This document shows, in pieces, positions 52,749 through 55,071 of a stretch of 55,071 nt of DNA (position 1 is its first letter; every line of letters starts with the position of its first letter). The stretch comes from Candidatus Pacearchaeota archaeon (GTDB lineage: Archaea > Nanobdellota > Nanobdellia > Pacearchaeales > GW2011-AR1), in NCBI GenBank assembly GCA_016176815.1, contig JACOWL010000009.1, forward strand, positions 1-55,071. Direction: 5' to 3'. The notes under the pieces were generated by a model that searched no databases, was not told the DNA's origin, and saw only the letters and a program-made list of their open reading frames with translations. A program made the translations under genes and the position numbers.

Positions 52749-53552
52749 TTAAATCGTCTGCTTCCCGCTCAAAAAACCTTTCCAAAATCCGTAAAGATAA
52801 TAAAAATGATCTAAGAAAGAGCTTAATATATAAACTGGAAATAATTTTGTTTCTTTCTTATTAAATGGAAAAGAAAAAATTGTTGCAACTATTCCAAATA
52901 TGGGAATTGCTTTTATTAAAAAAGAATGCCACCCGCGCATTCTCAAACCATAAATTCTAAAAATTGTTCCTCCTCCGTTGGCATACTGGCGGGTTTTTTT
53001 TAATCTTTTTATATAAGTTGTTGGATGATAGTGCAATATTTCTGCTTTTGGATAAGCAATTAACCCCTTGTTTTTTATTTTCATATATAAGTCTAAATCT
53101 TCCCCGCCTGTTTTAAAAGTTTTTTCATCAAAATAATTAACTGATTTTAAAATGCTTTTTCTGTATGCGCCGCCTTTTCCGTCTAACAGGGAAGTTATCA
53201 CTCCTTTTTCTTTTATGTTGGCCGCTTTAGCAAATATACTCAAATTTTTCCAGATAAAATCCGGAAGGCGAATTTTAGAAACAGAAGCAATTACCTTTTT
53301 ATTCTCAAATGGTTCAACTAAATTTTTTAACCAATATTTATTTGCAGGAATGCAATCCTGCGGCAGCTCAACAACAATTTCATATTTTGATTTCTTTACA
53401 CCAAGATTTATTTGTTTTGCAAAACCCATATTTTCTTCTATTTTTAATATTTCAATTTTTCCATTGAATTTTTGTTCTTTTACTGCTTGAATAAGTTTTT
53501 TCAGCACATTTCTGTCTGGGTTAAATATTGGGATGATAACTGAAACATTCAT
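52749..53552 (-). CDS. Family 2 glycosyltransferase with a C-terminal TM region
   Basis: 'VSVIIPIFNP', 'GGEDLDLYMK'. Confidence 0.75.
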   Translation of the reverse strand: MNVSVIIPIFNPDRNVLKKLIQAVKEQKFNGKIEILKIEENMGFAKQINLGVKKSKYEIVVELPQDCIPANKYWLKNLVEPFENKKVIASVSKIRLPDFIWKNLSIFAKAANIKEKGVITSLLDGKGGAYRKSILKSVNYFDEKTFKTGGEDLDLYMKIKNKGLIAYPKAEILHYHPTTYIKRLKKTRQYANGGGTIFRIYGLRMRGWHSFLIKAIPIFGIVATIFSFPFNKKETKLFPVYILSSFLDHFYYLYGFWKGFLSGKQTI

Positions 53553-53684
53553 TAATTTTTGATATTTTTCTAGTTTAAGTCTTTTTCGTTTAGAAAAAGC
53601 TTATGCGAAAAATTTACCATTTTTCTTTTTAGAAGCGATTATTTGCATTTTTTAATTCTTCAAAATCGTAGATTTTGACAAGAT

Positions 53685-54116
53685 TTAACTTAAATATTTC
53701 TTGATGAAGATTTTGTGGGCAGAAACTATCTTCCTCGGCGGTTTTTTGAAAAATTTTATTTCATCTGCCTGCCAGCTTCCCTTTATTTTTCCTGATTTCT
53801 TTTTTACCAAAAAAGCCAAACTAATGGGGTGACCAAAGATCTCTTTTTTCTGGGGAAATTCTATAATTCCTAAAAGTTTAACGATTTCTACATTTAAGTT
53901 AATTTCTTCTTTAGCAGTTCTTTTTACAGCTTGTTTCAGTGTTTCACCGAAGAGAACACCGCTCCCGGGAAAATGCCATCTTCCTTTTGAAGGCGGAATT
54001 AATCTCTTCGTCAATAATACGCCGTCTTTTGTTTTCAGAATTACTTCAACGCACAATCTCGGAACTTGACTATAAATCCAGCTAAATTTTTTCTGAGAAA
54101 TTTTTCTAGGAGTCAT
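53685..54116 (-). CDS. Nudix hydrolase (GDP-mannose mannosyl hydrolase-like size)
   Basis: Nudix box 'GSGVLFGETLKQAVKRTAKEEINL'. Confidence 0.75.
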   Translation of the reverse strand: MTPRKISQKKFSWIYSQVPRLCVEVILKTKDGVLLTKRLIPPSKGRWHFPGSGVLFGETLKQAVKRTAKEEINLNVEIVKLLGIIEFPQKKEIFGHPISLAFLVKKKSGKIKGSWQADEIKFFKKPPRKIVSAHKIFIKKYLS

Positions 54117-54150
54117 GAAAATTTTTAGTCAAAGAAACTTTAAAAAGGTT

Positions 54151-54929
54151 TTATTTTTTATAAAAGTCTATTGTTTTTTTTATTCCTTCTTCTAATGATA
54201 CTCTTGGAGTCCAACCGAGTTTTTTCAGCTCTGAATTATCGCAGACGAAATCAACGATTCCAACGTTTTTATGAAAATCCGGAGGAGTTATTGCTTTAAC
54301 TTTTGTATTCGGAATTTGTTCCTTTATAATATCTATTAATTTTCTGAATTTTGTGAATTCTCCTCTTCCAACATAATAGGTTTTATTTGTCTTTCCTTTT
54401 TCTGCAATAGTTCTGCAAGCATCTGCAACATCGTCGACATAAATATAATCTCTAATAAAATTTCCATTATTATAAAGTTGAATTTCTTCGCCCTTTACAG
54501 CTTGGTTTATCATAAAATTAAATCCTGCCTTTTTTTTATTATTTCCATCTTCAAATGGACCAAAGACATTAGTAAATCTGGCAATTATTACATCCAAATT
54601 AAAAACATTATGATAAATATGGCAAAAATGTTCTGCAGCAAGTCTTGTAGCCGGATATAAACCTTGAGGATTGCAGGGAGAATCTGCATTAACAGGGAGT
54701 TTATCCGCATTGCCGTTGACAAAAAAAGTGCTTCCAAAAATAATTCTTGCTTTAGGATTATATTTTTTGCATGCTTCTAATAGAGCAATTGTTCCATTGC
54801 AGTTTATTTCTATATCTTTATACGGCTCGCCTTCTTTGATAGCATAATTATCAACAGTTCCCGCTAAATGAAAAATATAATCTTTATCAGCAACGTCGCT
54901 TTTTTTTATATTTCTTACATCTTTTACCT
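54151..54929 (-). pseudogene. NAD-dependent epimerase/dehydratase lacking its N-terminal Rossmann (GxxGxxG) segment
   Basis: The frame is open from 54929 ('VKDVRNIKKSDVADKDYIFHLAGTVDNYA...YPATRLAAEH...') with no start codon before the TTG at 54597. It is preceded by in-frame TAG codons, and no glycine-rich loop is present. Confidence 0.6.
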
Positions 54930-55071
54930 AAAAATTTTTCTAATATATTATAATAATCTTTTTTTTGATTTTCAGGCATACCCCAGCATGGAATAAAGAG
55001 TGATCTTTTTTCAATATCGTCGCCAATTGGGAAAATTCCTTTGTTGAGGGAAAGCCATTCTGCTCTTTCAA
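54887..55071 (-). CDS. 3' end of an unidentified ORF running off the window edge
   Basis: Open frame '...ERAEWLSLNKGIFPIGDDIEKRSLFIPCWGMPENQKKDYYNILEKFLGKRCKKYKKKRRC*'. It overlaps the truncated SDR frame by about 40 nt. Confidence 0.3.
   Translation of the reverse strand, partial: ERAEWLSLNKGIFPIGDDIEKRSLFIPCWGMPENQKKDYYNILEKFLGKRCKKYKKKRRC

Noticed and set aside
117-54660. Many ORF-track entries lie antisense to or overlap well-supported genes. Examples: 117..362, 1296..1610, 4060..4371, 7069..7260, 7359..7682, 8555..8758, 9610..9849, 9761..10072, 11704..11889, 13131..13331, 15314..15514, 15400..15639, 18390..18599 and 19175..19465. Further examples: 20158..20346, 20667..20861, 21401..21652, 21555..21749, 21834..22058, 24580..25050, 25022..25237, 25931..26293, 26808..27038, 27357..27659, 27556..27759, 31828..32142, 32320..32529 and 33162..33359. 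Also 33925..34149, 34285..34533, 36469..36756, 36581..36769, 38658..38846, 44314..44496, 45109..45357, 47287..47547, 48452..48676, 49569..49808, 53152..53490 and 54478..54660.
   Set aside because: They are shadow frames of genes with clear motifs. Their composition is low-complexity F/I/L/K/S-rich, typical of antisense AT-rich coding DNA, and no motif is recognisable.

Overview
AT-rich (about 30% GC by eye) archaeal chromosomal window. The archaeal assignment rests on eL21/eL18-type ribosomal proteins, RNA polymerase subunits D/N/F, Dph2, Taw1 and SecDF. The compact, partly decayed gene set suggests a small-genome DPANN-like lineage, but that is inference. The window has three parts.

(1) 1-5.9 kb is an accessory, mobile-looking segment. 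It holds a DUF1566-like surface protein with an adenine-depleted GC-rich 3' end, three small winged-helix proteins, two dense iteron/palindrome arrays, and a serine recombinase. Upstream of the recombinase are three copies of a 20-bp inverted-repeat site, each closing a small promoter+ORF unit. A HAD hydrolase and a catalytic-domain-less recombinase paralog follow.

(2) 6.4-26.6 kb is core genome. It contains ribosomal protein and RNAP genes, four tRNAs (each with a partial copy of one terminus 60-150 bp away), a 5S rRNA, and an Fe-S themed block. That block is sufC-sufU-(decayed sufS)-sufB, a Cys-rich HTH regulator, Taw1, a Dph2 split by an in-frame TAA, IscA and SOD. This part also holds a HEPN/MNT toxin-antitoxin cassette bracketed by 25-bp direct repeats, and secDF.

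(3) 26.6-55 kb is a large glycan-biosynthesis island. It encodes an NDP-heptose pathway with non-canonical domain fusions, 4 intact and 1 truncated SDR enzymes, 3 DegT aminotransferases, 3 radical SAM enzymes (2 B12-type) and a half-size E1 alpha/beta TPP pair. It also encodes a carbamoyltransferase, 2 Nudix proteins, 2 methyltransferases, 3 glycosyltransferases, a flippase and an inserted pentapeptide-repeat gene.

I saw no CRISPR array, cas gene or reverse transcriptase. All functional calls are motif recognition by eye; no database search was run.
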